From the NCBI RefSeq assembly GCF_018350175.1, contig NC_058368.1:137952001-138016000 (forward strand): DNA of 64,000 nucleotides. The letters run 5' to 3'. Under the pieces are notes generated by a model that saw only the letters and a list, made by a program, of their open reading frames with translations, was not told the origin of the DNA and searched no databases. The translations under genes and the position numbers were made by a program. Below are positions 50,526 to 62,180 of the stretch, piece by piece. Each line of letters starts with the position of its first letter. Position 1 is the first letter of the stretch. The DNA is from Felis catus (Eukaryota).

Positions 50526-51953
50526 TGTGTTTTAAATTTTATTTTTATTTTTAGTAAGACTTTAGTTTTTTAGAACAGTTTTAGATTCATAGCAAAATTC
50601 AGGGAAAGGTACAGAGATTTCCCATATATTCCCTGCCCTACACATACATAGCCTCTCCTATTACTAGCATCCCCCACCAAAATGGTACATTTGTTACAGT
50701 TGATGAACCCGTAAGGAGCCTATTTTTAAAAGACTCATTTTATTACTTGTCTTGTGCATTACCATTACTCCAAACTGTAAAGATAAAAACCTATTTAACT
50801 TCGGTAATTGTTAGTGAGTTCCAAGACTATGATCTTTTTCCTTTGATGTCTTATCTGCTTGTGTCTTATCTGAAAATTTTTCTAGCCTAGTTGTACAATA
50901 AAGACACCTGAGATTACAGTTTCCATCATAAAGGAGCTAAATCGAAGAGGAGTCCTTGCAAATGCCCTTGCAGGCCGGGATGAAAAGGAAATCAGTCGTG
51001 TTCTTAATTTTTTGATACGGTACGTTTTATGTCATGAAACCTGTATTTTGCATCGGAAATCCTTCTTTATCTCAAACGAGAGACATTTACTTTTAGATTG
51101 ACCTTTGTAGACAACTGAAGGAACAATTCAGTAAATCTATTTTAAGGGCCTTTTGGGAAAGATTACAAGTTTCAGTAAACAATTTTTGCTTTTTAGGAAT
51201 CTTTCTCAGCCAAGATTTGCCCCTGTTTTGATCAATGCTGCTGAAATAATTATTGGTGAGTAGTTGTTAAAACCTGAAAAATCCTAGCATGCTTGCAACA
51301 GTAGAGGTGTCAGATAATGAAATCAAATAGATTACAATATCTTGTTTTATCAATTCTCCAGTAGAGATTATCATGAAGAAAACAGACAACATTAGCAAAA
51401 CAATGCATTTTAAAGGAAGTAAAATGTTTACAGTAGTTCTGAATTGCTGAGAATAATTATAATTAAAGAACTTTGTCTGAGACATCACTAATGATGACTA
51501 TTTTTTAATGAGAAAATGAAATAAGAACCTCTACAATTTACTTTCTGTAATTCTTTCTTTTTGAATACATTTATTCAGTTGGACTGTTTACTTTCTGTAA
51601 ATCATAAATTGTAAAATAAGTACAGATTTTTCAGTACCTTTGTAGGTAATATTTTTACACTTTTCCTAAACATTGGCTGTTCGTTTATTGTTTAGAAAGA
51701 TACTTACCATTAATGTGTTTTATTTCTCTTTCCAGATATATATCTTCCTGTGATTGGTCAGTCACCCGTAGTTGACAAAAAGTTTTTATTACTTCAAGGA
51801 CTTGTAGAGAAAGAGATTGATTACCAAAGAGAACTACTAGAAACCTTGGGGATGATGGATATGCTCTTTGCTACTATGACAAGGAAAGAAAGCACTTCTG
51901 TGTGGCAGCATGCATCTGATGGATTTCTAGAGAACAAGAAGGTGGAATCATAG
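40387..51953 (+). CDS. UTP15: UTP15, SSU processome WD40 component (complete, 12 coding exons, 518 aa)
   Basis: Exons 40387-40476, 41951-42043, 42142-42326, 43780-43958, 44540-44665, 46280-46415, 48296-48380, 49241-49390, 50338-50439, 50886-51019, 51197-51255, 51736-51953; all GT-AG with consistent phases; total 1557 nt. Protein [13 protein letters not shown]...WD40 repeats...ENKKVES*. Confidence 0.97.
40621..40859 (-). mobile_element. Young CAN-SINE
   Basis: Near-consensus body with a long T tail. Confidence 0.93.
41951..42043 (+). CDS. UTP15: UTP15 coding exon 2
   Basis: [31 protein letters not shown]. Confidence 0.95.
42142..42326 (+). CDS. UTP15: UTP15 coding exon 3
   Basis: [11 protein letters not shown]...[15 protein letters not shown]...FEGHT(K), WD40. 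Confidence 0.95.
43140..43451 (-). mobile_element. Two older CAN-SINEs (second internally deleted)
   Basis: gagagaatcccaagca-type bodies at 43140-43314 and 43340-43451. Confidence 0.8.
43780..43958 (+). CDS. UTP15: UTP15 coding exon 4
   Basis: AVHTVDF...[12 protein letters not shown]...EHSDYVRCG...LFVT(G). Confidence 0.95.
44540..44665 (+). CDS. UTP15: UTP15 coding exon 5
   Basis: [41 protein letters not shown](G). Confidence 0.95.
46280..46415 (+). CDS. UTP15: UTP15 coding exon 6
   Basis: [14 protein letters not shown]...HHKTVTCL...LLSGSLD(R). Confidence 0.95.
46875..47262. mobile_element. MER33/MER3-like hAT remnant
   Basis: cagtgctggccaacagaaata...tagtagccac...ttcaagtgctcagtagcatgtggctag. 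Confidence 0.55.
47480..47716 (-). mobile_element. CAN-SINE
   Basis: Flanked by tgggactc repeats. Confidence 0.9.
47772..47992 (+). mobile_element. MER20-like DNA transposon remnant
   Basis: cggttctcagcc...ctggagacattttgggttgt...ggatgctgctgagc...gttgagaaaccctg. Confidence 0.65.
48296..48380 (+). CDS. UTP15: UTP15 coding exon 7
   Basis: [28 protein letters not shown]. Confidence 0.95.
49241..49390 (+). CDS. UTP15: UTP15 coding exon 8
   Basis: [21 protein letters not shown]...KNYMKQR. Confidence 0.95.
49568..49792 (+). mobile_element. Young CAN-SINE
   Basis: Near-consensus; TSD aata(a)gtact. Confidence 0.93.
50338..50439 (+). CDS. UTP15: UTP15 coding exon 9
   Basis: [34 protein letters not shown]. 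Confidence 0.95.
50477..50530. repeat. (TG)n microsatellite in a UTP15 intron
   Basis: About 20 perfect TG units, ~40 nt downstream of an exon donor. Confidence 0.95.
50886..51019 (+). CDS. UTP15: UTP15 coding exon 10
   Basis: [44 protein letters not shown](R). Confidence 0.95.
51197..51255 (+). CDS. UTP15: UTP15 coding exon 11
   Basis: [19 protein letters not shown](D). Confidence 0.95.
51736..51953 (+). CDS. UTP15: UTP15 last coding exon
   Basis: [16 protein letters not shown]...[12 protein letters not shown] ends at 51953. Confidence 0.95.
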
Positions 51954-53463
51954 TGTCTGCTTAAAGAGACCTGTAAGAACTGCTAACTTGAAATCGATTT
52001 GGTTCTACTAATTATTGGAAAGAGAATCTCTTTGATAGATTAAAAACTACCCCAAAACTATTCACAGAAGGAGTTTTATGGAAGAGACCTGAATAACTAT
52101 AATTGGAAAATAAGAACCTATTTTAAGACATGGTTTACCATGGTTTACCAAATATGTACTATATTTTGAATTATTCCATGGCATCTTCTGCTGGAAGATC
52201 TCCGTTATCTTGGTCATAGTGTATTGTTCACCTTGGACAAATTGATACTGATTTTAATACAGCGAAGTTGTGTATGAACATCTGGGCAGGCATTCAGAAT
52301 CTGGAATGGGTTTCAGCTGGAATCCTGCTAAAGGAACAGTGCTTTATTTTGTATTTCTGTCCTGGAAAAACAACAACGGCAACAACACAACAAATGGCAA
52401 CGACAAATAAATTCTCTCTTCACTCTCATCGGTGCCCTTGGGATTTTCAGGCTTGGCTCCCTCTGCTTGACATCATCATTTACCATGGGTCCCATGTTCT
52501 GCTTCCACTGGTAGTGGGACTGCCTCTGCTCCAGTTGCAGCAAATCAGTGGCCAGCTCTGAACAGTTTAACTCTGAACTAGTTAGATATGTATTCAGAAA
52601 GTGTGAGGGGGCAGCTTTGATACCTAACAATTGTATTCTCCATTCCACATACTCTTTTTATTCCGTGAATCGTGACCATCCTTGTCAGAACAAGGTCTAC
52701 AGATCTTAGTGGACCACGTTTTCTTCCATCTCGATAATGTTGTTTTTCTACCCAGTTTTCAGCTTGCCTCAGGTCAAAGGAGTGATAAAATTTGTCATTT
52801 CTCTTGTAAGAATTAGCCTTTCATCTTGTTGTATATGTTTGGAGCTTATCTTGTAGCTCCCGACCCTTCTGAAAACCATTTTCTCTGATCTGTATTTATA
52901 TTTTTATCCCTCAATTTCCATAATCATCTTGTGCTTCAGAACCCAAGCTAGAGTAGCTTGCTTTGGAAAATAGTTGTATTTTTTTTTAAGTTCTATGTAA
53001 GTCACGTTTTTTTATAAAGATATTCTTATTTTCTTCTTGTATTTCTGAGATGTATCAATTCTTGATGGATAGTTCCTGGCTAGTGAATGCTGGCATACAC
53101 ATTTCACACTGGCTACCTCTCCCGCCTTCCCGTTCCTTTTCCACCTCATGTGTTAATTATCTGTAAGGAAACATGCCTTGGGTTAGAAGGACCCTTAAAG
53201 GAAGATTCTATAATGGGAATCTCCTCTTAAAATTTAGTTCTGTGAATTCAGATTTTTTTTTTTTTTTAAAGCAGAAAAAAAAATTTCTGTGGTCTGGTAA
53301 GAGCCTGTGCTCAAAAATAAGGTGTAGTTTCCCTTTTATGAATTGACTTATGTAAACATACAGCACACTGGCTTATGAGAAACCAGGAGTTTGCTTCCCT
53401 GAGTAATTTTGAGATTAGATGAGGTCAGAAACTGTCTTCATGTGGAAATAATTAATTTATTTA

Positions 53464-53469
53464 AATAAA
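53464..53469 (+). terminator. UTP15: Candidate distal UTP15 polyadenylation signal
   Basis: AATAAA ~1.5 kb past the stop with a GT-rich downstream tract. Another AATAAA lies at 52406-52411. Confidence 0.5.
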
Positions 53470-53614
53470 CGTCGTATGTAAAGGCTTTTAAAAATACTTC
53501 TTAAGTATGGTGGTAATTTGTGTACTAGTAAAAATTGAGAGGATGAAATTCTGTCTAAAACTAGCTGCCATCAAGTGTGTGACATGTGATAAGGGTTTTC
53601 CCATATATTATTAG

Positions 53615-53805
53615 TTTTTAAATGTTTATTTATTTTGAGAGAGCGAGAATGCGAGCAGCGGAGGGGCAGAGAGAGAGAATTCCAAGCAGGCTCCGTGTTG
53701 TCAGCACAGAGCCTGACGCGGGGCTCAATCTCACAAACACTGAGATCCTGACCTGAGCTGAGATGGGGAGTCAAATGCTTAACTGCCTGAGCCCCCCAGG
53801 CGCCC
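53615..53805 (-). mobile_element. CAN-SINE
   Basis: Imperfect TSD tcccata(t/a)attatt. Confidence 0.88.
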
Positions 53806-54189
53806 CTCCCATAAATTATTTTATTCAGTTCTCATCACAACCATCCACTGTTGGTGTTCTCATTTAATGCTGAATTAGCTACAGTAGTTAACCTACTCTT
53901 AAATTCCCCAAGCTTGAGTTCCTCGTCCTCCTGGCACTGTGACCTGGCCTGGCCTCTGGGCCCAACAGTACTGCTTCCCTTTGAGAGGACTTCACTGAGT
54001 GCCGCAGTTCTTAGATGAAATATATAGTGAAGGTGAGTTTTTACATTCATTGGGACAAGTTAGTATTTGTTATTTAAAGTGTTTAAACACAATTGGCATG
54101 TTAGCCATATTATGGTATGTAACATTGGCCTTTGGATTCTAATTTAAAATGCCTAAATGATCTTAGACTCCTGAATTTTAGTTTAAAAG

Positions 54190-54238
54190 TATTTTATTTT
54201 TTTTTTAATTTTTTTTTAATGTTTTATTTATTTTTGAC

Positions 54239-54270
<32 letters not shown>

Positions 54271-54437
54271 CATGAGCGGGGGAGGGTCAGAGAGAGAGTG
54301 AGACACAGAATCCGAAGCAGGCTCCAGGCTCTGAGCCATCAGCACAGAGCCCGATGCGGGGCTCGAACTCACAGACTGCGAGATCATGACCTGAGCCGAA
54401 GTCGGACACTCAACCGACTGAGCCACCCAGGTGCCCC
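54190..54437 (-). mobile_element. CAN-SINE
   Basis: TSD tagtttaaaagta. Confidence 0.92.
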
Positions 54438-54999
54438 TAGTTTAAAAGTACTTTAACATGTTACTAAGCCTGCAAAAATATTGACATGTTCCAGAGAATT
54501 AAGGAAGTCACCGTACATTTAATTTATTATATTTATAAGAGTTAGGTATTTTGGAGAGCTTTGCTTGTTGGGTCAAGCATTTGAAGCGCTGTTTTCAAGA
54601 AAATACTTTTAAGTGTATAAATGTTAAGTCGTTTAAAGGAATTTGGATTGTAAATGGGTTTGTTTAAAGAAATTTACATTTTAGTCTGTTCCACTTAAGT
54701 CTGCTCTCTCAAACATGAATTAAAGGCCCCCTTGAAAGTGATTATTAAAATGTACTAGTCTTCTGGATGAAGTTAAATTTAAAACTTTAAGAAAAGTTTT
54801 CAGATGCTTGACTTTAACAAGTAACTATAAATTGTCTTTCCTAGGAACAAACTGTTCCCCTCAGGCACTAAAAGATACTTAATGGTAAATAGGCTACATG
54901 CCTATTTCCCCTGATTAAAGTAACTAGACTAGGTGTGGTGTATCTGGCTGGTTCCCTGTGTAAGCAGGGGGTTGTAATTAGGATTTATAATCAAATTCT

Positions 55000-57380
55000 T
55001 GATCTAAGAAAATGTGGGATTCAAAGAATGCTGTTGGGATTATCAGCAGAGAAAGCTGGTCTGCAGAGAGAAAGGAGAATGAAACCTAAGTCCAGAGAAA
55101 ATAAGCAAGACAAGGCCATCCTGCCTCAGCAGTTCAGGCTAGAGAAGAGAGAAGCCATCACTGTTACCAGCAGTTTCTTTTTCCCTTCTGGCTGTCCCTT
55201 AGGGGTTCCCTCAAGAGTCCGTGAGAGTCTTTGGAATCCTTCTAATAAATTCTTTTTGTTTAGATGAGTTTGAGTGGTTTCCTTTATTCACAACCAAATG
55301 GTTCCAAAGACTAATTCACTAATCCTGAAAACTTATTGAAACACATACATTAGAGTCAGGGAATTGGCAGATATAGCCATGAGCAAAATAGACAAAATCC
55401 CTATTCTCTTGGAACTAATATTCTACTTGGGAGAGGCAGATGTTCAGTAAACAAGTAAGATATGCCGCGGGTCAGATGGTGATAAATGATCCGGAGAAAA
55501 ATCAGGCAGAAGAGGGAGTTAGGAAATGATATGTGTGTGTTGGGGGTGAGTAGGTGGGTTGCAGTTTTAAACAGAAGTGAGGGAAGGCATCACCAGGGTG
55601 GCAATTGGGCAAAGGCCTTAACGAAATGGAGAGATCCTTACTGACATTTAGGGGACAGGGTGGCAAGATCCTGAGGCAGAAGCATGCCTGGTGAGTTCAG
55701 AATAGCAAGGTGCTGGCTTAACTGACATGAAGCAAGAGAAACGAGTTGTAAGACAGTCATCAGGAATGAGGTGATGCATTTAGGCAGCTCTTTGAGGGAA
55801 CTTTACCATTAAGGGGAGCAGAAAAACAGATCGGCTGGAGGGATAGGAGGTCAAGGCAGTTTTCCGAAAAAATTAATGAGGTCTAATTGGTATGCTATAA
55901 ATTGCACATTTTAAAAGTTCAGTCTTAACGTGTTTTGACCTTACACCCATAAGACCATCACTGCAAGCAAGGTAATGAGTATGTGTCACCCTCAAGAATT
56001 TCCTCCTGCCCTTCTGCGAACCTTAGTTAGGTCCCACCCACTCAGACAACCACTGCTCTACTCTCTGCCACTATAGGTTCATAGATCGGTTTGCATTTGG
56101 TACAATTTTACACAAATGGGATCATAGAATTTAGGTTGGGGCGGGGCTGGCTCTCACTTAGCGTAACTGTTTTGAGATTCGTAATTCATTTGAGATTTAA
56201 ACTTGAAAAAAATTACAGAATGTATGCTGATGCAGATAATCCGGCAGACAAAAAAACTAGTGATCTAGGAGAGAGGCAGGCCGATTGCCGGGGCAGTGTT
56301 TTGGGGAGGGACTTGGGGTCGAGGGCCCAAATGGAAGGATTGGCTTAGATAAGAGAATGAACAGTTCAGGCCTGGTTCAAGAGGAAAGACAAAACATACG
56401 GGCACAGATGCCATTAAGTGTGTAGGTGTGATGATGGTTAGGGTTTGTGGAAATTCTTTACTGGGTACCTTTACTGCAAACAAGCTAACCAATAAAAACA
56501 GTTTGGAGGAGGAAGTTAGAGGAGAGAACAGAAGATATGAAATACTCCTAGAAAGAGCTCAGAGGGAGCCACCTGCCTACGTTTGAATCTTGGCTCAGCC
56601 ACTCCCTACCTTTGTGACTTTGAGCAAGTTATTTTACCATTTTGTATTCGCTTCATCTGTTCATCAGACAAGATCACAGGGAGTGGTTGTGAGAATTAAG
56701 TGAAAGTACCTGGAACATTTCTGTTGTTAGCTATTATTATTTTGGGGAGAATGGGTGGACTACAGAATTAAGTAGGATTACCAGCAGCACTAAGGGCCTA
56801 CGTGAAGTTAGTGTCATGGATTTGAAGCAAGGCCAACTGGCATGGTTGTGTTTCTCTCTTCACGTTTGGCTAATAGGATGCAGATGCGGGGTGCCCTGAG
56901 ACACGGACTTAACCAGCATTGAGGTTTTCATTGGTGAATGCAAAATAATACAGAAAGGGACAATAGCTTTTAAGATTTATGTCGTGTAGTTATGATGGAC
57001 CACAGACGCAAGATGGGTAAGGAAACGGAGTGAGGATAGTGAAAACATAACTGGCTCACTGGGCTATTTGTGTGGAGTTGAAGAGTTTGTTTGCTGGAGG
57101 TAGTGAGAGAGACACATGGAAGGTGGTGGTCCAAGAGCCAAGAATTAGGACAGGAGCAATGTTGGAGAAAGTGACAGAAAGCCAGGAGCTAGAATGTTCA
57201 AGAAATGGTGGGGAGTGGCCACTGATCAGTGGTGACCAACAAGGGGGAGGATTAGGTCTGCAGTCAGATGGCATGAAAGTCAAAGGTGAGGCTTTCTTGG
57301 GGGAATAGTGAGGGAGAACGATCCAGAAACCGCATTGAGGATCACCCACCCACCTGTTAGGGCTGCCATAGGAGGGGTCT
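55000..57380. mobile_element. Mosaic of ancient repeats (MLT1-like LTR end, L2, L1 3' fragment, MIR)
   Basis: MLT-like end aataaattc...gagtttgagtggttt...caaccaaa...gactaat (~55240-55317); purine-rich L2-like tracts; L1 3'UTR-like segment ~55865-56180. Confidence 0.5.
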
Positions 57381-58659
57381 GGGAATATGAGTAGCACTTG
57401 GGCAAACTGTAGAGGAATCTTGCTAAAAGTAACACACAAGAAACTGGCCTTCCCCTCACCCCTGCCTTCCAAATCATGTGTGAATATAACTAATTGGTGG
57501 AACTCAGTTTTGCATCCAGAGCACTATCTACAAAGAAATCTGGGAAATGTGGTTTTGGACTTTCCAGCTCTGTAGTTCTGAAGGCACCCCAGAAGGAGGA
57601 TGGAGCAGAGGATAAGGAAGGCAATCCCTACAATTTTCTTCCCCACCTGTTCTACACATCTTAAAATATACAGGTACGCCCTCACTTCTAAACCAACAGG
57701 ACCACGCCACACTTGCTGTTGTGCATTTCAGTTTTCCCCTTTGTGTCGCAGACTGCTCCATCTTGGTGCACATAGTTCTGCTGTGTTCCATTTTATGCTG
57801 GCCTCCTATATCACTGTGGATATAGACGTGTCATGAGCAGTTTAACCAATGGAGACAAGCTACAAAGGTTATGTTAGTTTTCTGATATCTCCAACTCAGA
57901 ATTTTTCTGCAAGCTGTCTTTTTTGCCTGTTGAGAATTTTAATCAGGTGAACTTGAAACTGCATTAGGACGACTTAACCTAGCTCTCCCTTAGTCCACGA
58001 GGTGGCAGTATTATTTCGAATACCATGAGAAACCCGTTTCCACAGTCCTTTCTCTGAATCAAGCTGGTGTTCCTAGGTAGAAAGGTGAGTTCTCTCAGAA
58101 AACAACCAAGCTATTTGGCTAGTGCCATGTTGACAAAATGACTTTCAAAGCCCTTCTTTGAATTAAAGATTAACCTTTTCAGCAATGTAGAATAATGGAA
58201 AAGAGCATACACTGTGATCCTGGGCAAGTCCCAGCTACTCTGGGCCTCAGCTTCCCTATCTGTCAAATGGGACTAACATCACTTCCCTTGCAGGATTGTC
58301 GCAAGAGTAAATGCAGTGATATAAAAAGTACCTTACCTGCTTAACTGTGTTTGTCACATGTTTGTGATTATGAGAAGTCTATTTGCCCTGCACTAGTTGG
58401 GAGTGTTTTCTTAGTTCCCGATTATTAACATCATTTGGACTAGTTAGATGAGGGTTGATTTGAAATTTTCTTTGATACTCTGTTATAAAGGATGTTTTTA
58501 AAAAAATTAATCCCATAAAATATAAAATGAGGGGTATAGTTACTTGAGGACTTGAGACAGGCTGCTCGCAAGCATTTTGAAAGTAAACGGTATGATTTGC
58601 AATATATGTTATTTACAAAAGTGAAATGTTAGTTCCCACTGGGTCATTAGGGTTAAAAC

Positions 58660-58836
58660 TTTTTAATGTTTATTTATTTATTTTGTTAGGGGAGAGAGAG
58701 AGAAGGGGCAGAGAGAAAGAGGAGAGAGAGAATTCCAAGCAGGCTCTGTGCCATCAACTGTGCAGGTCAGATCATGACCTGAGCAGAAACTAAGAGTCAG
58801 ATGCTTAACCAACTGAGCCAGCCACCCTGGTGCTCC
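58660..58836 (-). mobile_element. CAN-SINE (internally deleted)
   Basis: Reverse-complement SINE body. Confidence 0.8.
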
Positions 58837-59216
58837 TCATTGGATCATTAGTGTTACAGCAGAAATTTTTAATAGAGTCGTCTATAACAGTACTTATTAA
58901 TGCAGGCGTTCCTTTATTCATATCAACTGTATTAGCTGGGACTGTGTGATGACTTTATTGGCTAAAAGGCTAGAAATATAAACTGTCAATTTAATGAGGC
59001 TTGGCAGTTTTCTATAAACATAACCATAAAACAATGGACTCCTAGACAAGATATATTTTTTCAAGTTTTTAAAAATAAGGACACAACTGACATACAACAT
59101 TCTATTAGTTTCAGGTGTACTAAGAGATATATTCTTGACAAAGTGCTTCCAATTAAAACAAAAAATACCTGAGTCAAAAGCAGTTTCCTCATAGGAAACA
59201 AATGGAAAGCTGTGGA

Positions 59217-59255
<39 letters not shown>

Positions 59256-60016
59256 GTTGTCCACTCAGGATAAAAGATTTTGAGCCTCACTTGCCTAGCC
59301 CATTCTTAATTCCTAGTGAGAAAAGATCTAGGTGAACAAAAAATTGAAAAAGAATAAAACAGAAAACTGCAGTGAAATTTACTAACCATAGCATACATGG
59401 ATTTCCTTTTTCTGTATTTTCTAAGAAACTACCGTGAGCTTGTGCACATGGTTTTTCTCCCATAAGATCATTATTCATAAACTTAAACATAACCTAGCAG
59501 TTTTATTTACTTGTGAGTACAAGTAAATACACTTACTTACTTAAGATAGTGTAAGTCAGTATGTTATTAATGATAGGAAACTCTATGGAATTTATAATCA
59601 TGTATAAGTCTGCTTTAACAATAAGTATGAGGGTGATCAAAACTACAAAATTATAGACAATAATAATTATGGCTAACATTAATAATATACTTACCAATGT
59701 ACTGTTCTCACCAATGTACATATATCAACTTACTAGTTACTTAATCTTTACAACCACTCTGGAGTAGGTACTATTACTATCTCCATCAAAATTACTATTT
59801 TGCAATTATGTATTTCTCTACTATATAGAGTAATACAAAGGAAACACAATTAAAAACAAGGTGGTGACTATGTTAGGTGATGGATGGATTAATTAGCTTA
59901 GTTGTAGTAATCACTTCACTGTACATGTACATCAAATCATCACTTTGTATACCTTAAATATATGTAATTTTTATTTGTCAATTATACCTCCCTAAAGCTG
60001 GAAAGAAAAAAGGATA

Positions 60017-60433
60017 GGGGTGCCTGAGTGGCTCAGTCGATTGGGCATCCGACTTCAGCTCGTCATGATCTTGTGGTTCACAAGTTTAAGACCCACATCA
60101 GGCTCTGTGCTGTCCGCTCAGAGCCTAGAACCTGCTGCATATTTTTACGTCTCCTCTCTCTCTCTGTCCCTCCCCTGCTCATGCTCTGTCTCTCTCAAAA
60201 ATAAATAACCTGAGCCAAAGTCGGATGCTTAACGGACTAAGCCACCCAGAATATATATATTTCTTTTTTAAAGTTTATTTATTTTGAGAGAGAGACAGAG
60301 TGGGAAGGGGCAGAGAGAGAATCCCAAGCAGGCTGCACACTCAGCAGTGAGGCCAACACTGAGCATGATCTCACAGTTTGTGAGCTGAAATCCAGAGTTG
60401 GACACTAAACAGAATGAGCCAGCCAGGTGCCCC
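60017..60433. mobile_element. SINE cluster: plus copy, inverted head fragment, minus copy
   Basis: 60017-60208 (+), 60209-60249 (- head only), 60263-60433 (-). Confidence 0.85.
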
Positions 60434-60479
60434 TATACAAATATATTTAAAAAGCTGGGTTACATGGATTTTCTAAAAA

Positions 60480-60843
60480 GTTTTTATTTAAATTCCACTT
60501 GGCATACGATGTAATATTAGTTTCAGATGTACAAGTTGATTCATCACTAACACATAACACCTTGTGTTCATCATGACAAGTACACTCCTTGATCCCCCCC
60601 CCCCCCCAACCACCTCCCCTCTGGTAACCCTCAGTTTGTTCTCTATATTGAGAGTCTGTTTCCTGGTTTTCCTCTCTTTCCACACCACCACATTTGTTGT
60701 TTTGTTTCTTAAATTCCACATGAGTAAAATCATATGGTATTTGTCTTTTTCTGATTGAGTTATTTTGCTTAATATTCTCTAGTTCCATTCATGTCATTGC
60801 CAATGGCAAGATTTCATTCTTTTTTTATGGCTGAGTAATATTC

Positions 60844-60876
<33 letters not shown>

Positions 60877-61405
60877 TGTGTGTGTGTGTGTCTGTGTGTG
60901 CATGTGCACACTTATACATAAAATATATACCACATCTTCTTTATCCATTCATCAGTTGATGGATACCTGGGGTGTTTCCATAGTTCAGCTATTGTCAATA
61001 GTCCTGTGATAAACATTGGAGTGCATGTATCCCTTCGAATTAGTATTTTATATCTTTTGGGTAACTACCTAGTAGTGCAATTGCTGGATCATAGGGTAGT
61101 TCTCTTTTTTTTTTTTTTTTTAAGTTTTTAAATGTGTTTTGAAAGAGAGGGAATGAGCAGGGGAGGGGCAGAGAGGATCTGAAGCAAGCTCTGTGCTGAT
61201 AGCAGAGAGCCTGATGTGGGGCTTAAACTCACGAACCGTGAGATCATGACCTGAGCCAAAGTCAGACATTTATTTAACTGACTGAGCCACCCAGGCGCCT
61301 CAGGGTAGTTCTATTTTTAACTTTTTGAGGAACCTCCATACTGTTTTCCAGAATAGTTGGCTAGTTTGCATTCTAAAACAATAGTGTGAGAGGGCTCCCC
61401 TTTCT
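60480..61405 (-). mobile_element. Carnivore L1 3' end with (TG)n and nested SINE (61105-61299)
   Basis: L1 3' motifs gttccattcatgtcattgccaatggcaagatttcattc and ttttgaggaacctccatactgttttcc; SINE TSD agggtagttct. Confidence 0.88.
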
Positions 61406-61669
61406 CTGTATACTTTTCTTGAAAATATAAATGAACAAAATAGGTCCCAAAGAGAAAGAAAAAATGAAACAGAACACTGGCCAGGGAAGTAATTCAGAAC
61501 ATAACCTGAGAAGCTTTGGACTTAAATGTTTTATTAGTGAATTGCTGGAAACTTTCAAGGAACAGAAAATCCTGACATATTTAAACTGATCTAGAAGTTA
61601 GAGGAGAAAACTTTCAATGTAACTTTCTGAAGCCAGCATGACACAAATGTTAACAAATCTTTTTGGTAC

Positions 61670-62090
61670 GTTGTACTATTAAGGTGTTTGATGTTCCTCC
61701 TCTGAGACAGGTTATAGTTCTTCACACACAGACATCTGTCATGTCTCTAGGACTTGAGACGCGCCCCCTGCCGGTTGGATGATATATTCCCACCCTGGAA
61801 GTCACGACGTGGTCATGTAATTTGCCTTGGCCTATGAAATAAGGACAGAATTGACATCATGCCATTTGTAAGCAGAAGTTTTAAAATCCAGTTCATGGTT
61901 CACCAAGTCTCTCTCTCTTCCATGATAACCAGCAATATGCCAGATAAGCTCATCCCAGAGGGAATATGACATGGAGAAAAGACAGAGTAGACATATGGTA
62001 TGAGTAAGAATCAAACCTCTGATACTCTAAGCTACTGAGATTTGGGAATTGCTTGTTATCACAGCATAACCTAGCCCACCCTGACTGATA
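61670..62090 (+). mobile_element. MLT1-like (ERVL-MaLR) LTR
   Basis: ggtcatgtaatttgccttggcctatgaaat...gatttgggaattgcttgttatcacagcataacctagcccaccctgactgata. Confidence 0.7.
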
Positions 62091-62111
62091 AACTCCTCTT
62101 CCCCAACAGCA

Positions 62112-62115
62112 AAAA

Positions 62116-62158
<43 letters not shown>

Positions 62159-62180
62159 ACAAACAAACAAACAAACAAAA
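62112..62180. repeat. (AAAT)n(AAAC)n compound microsatellite
   Basis: Seen directly in the sequence. Confidence 0.95.
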
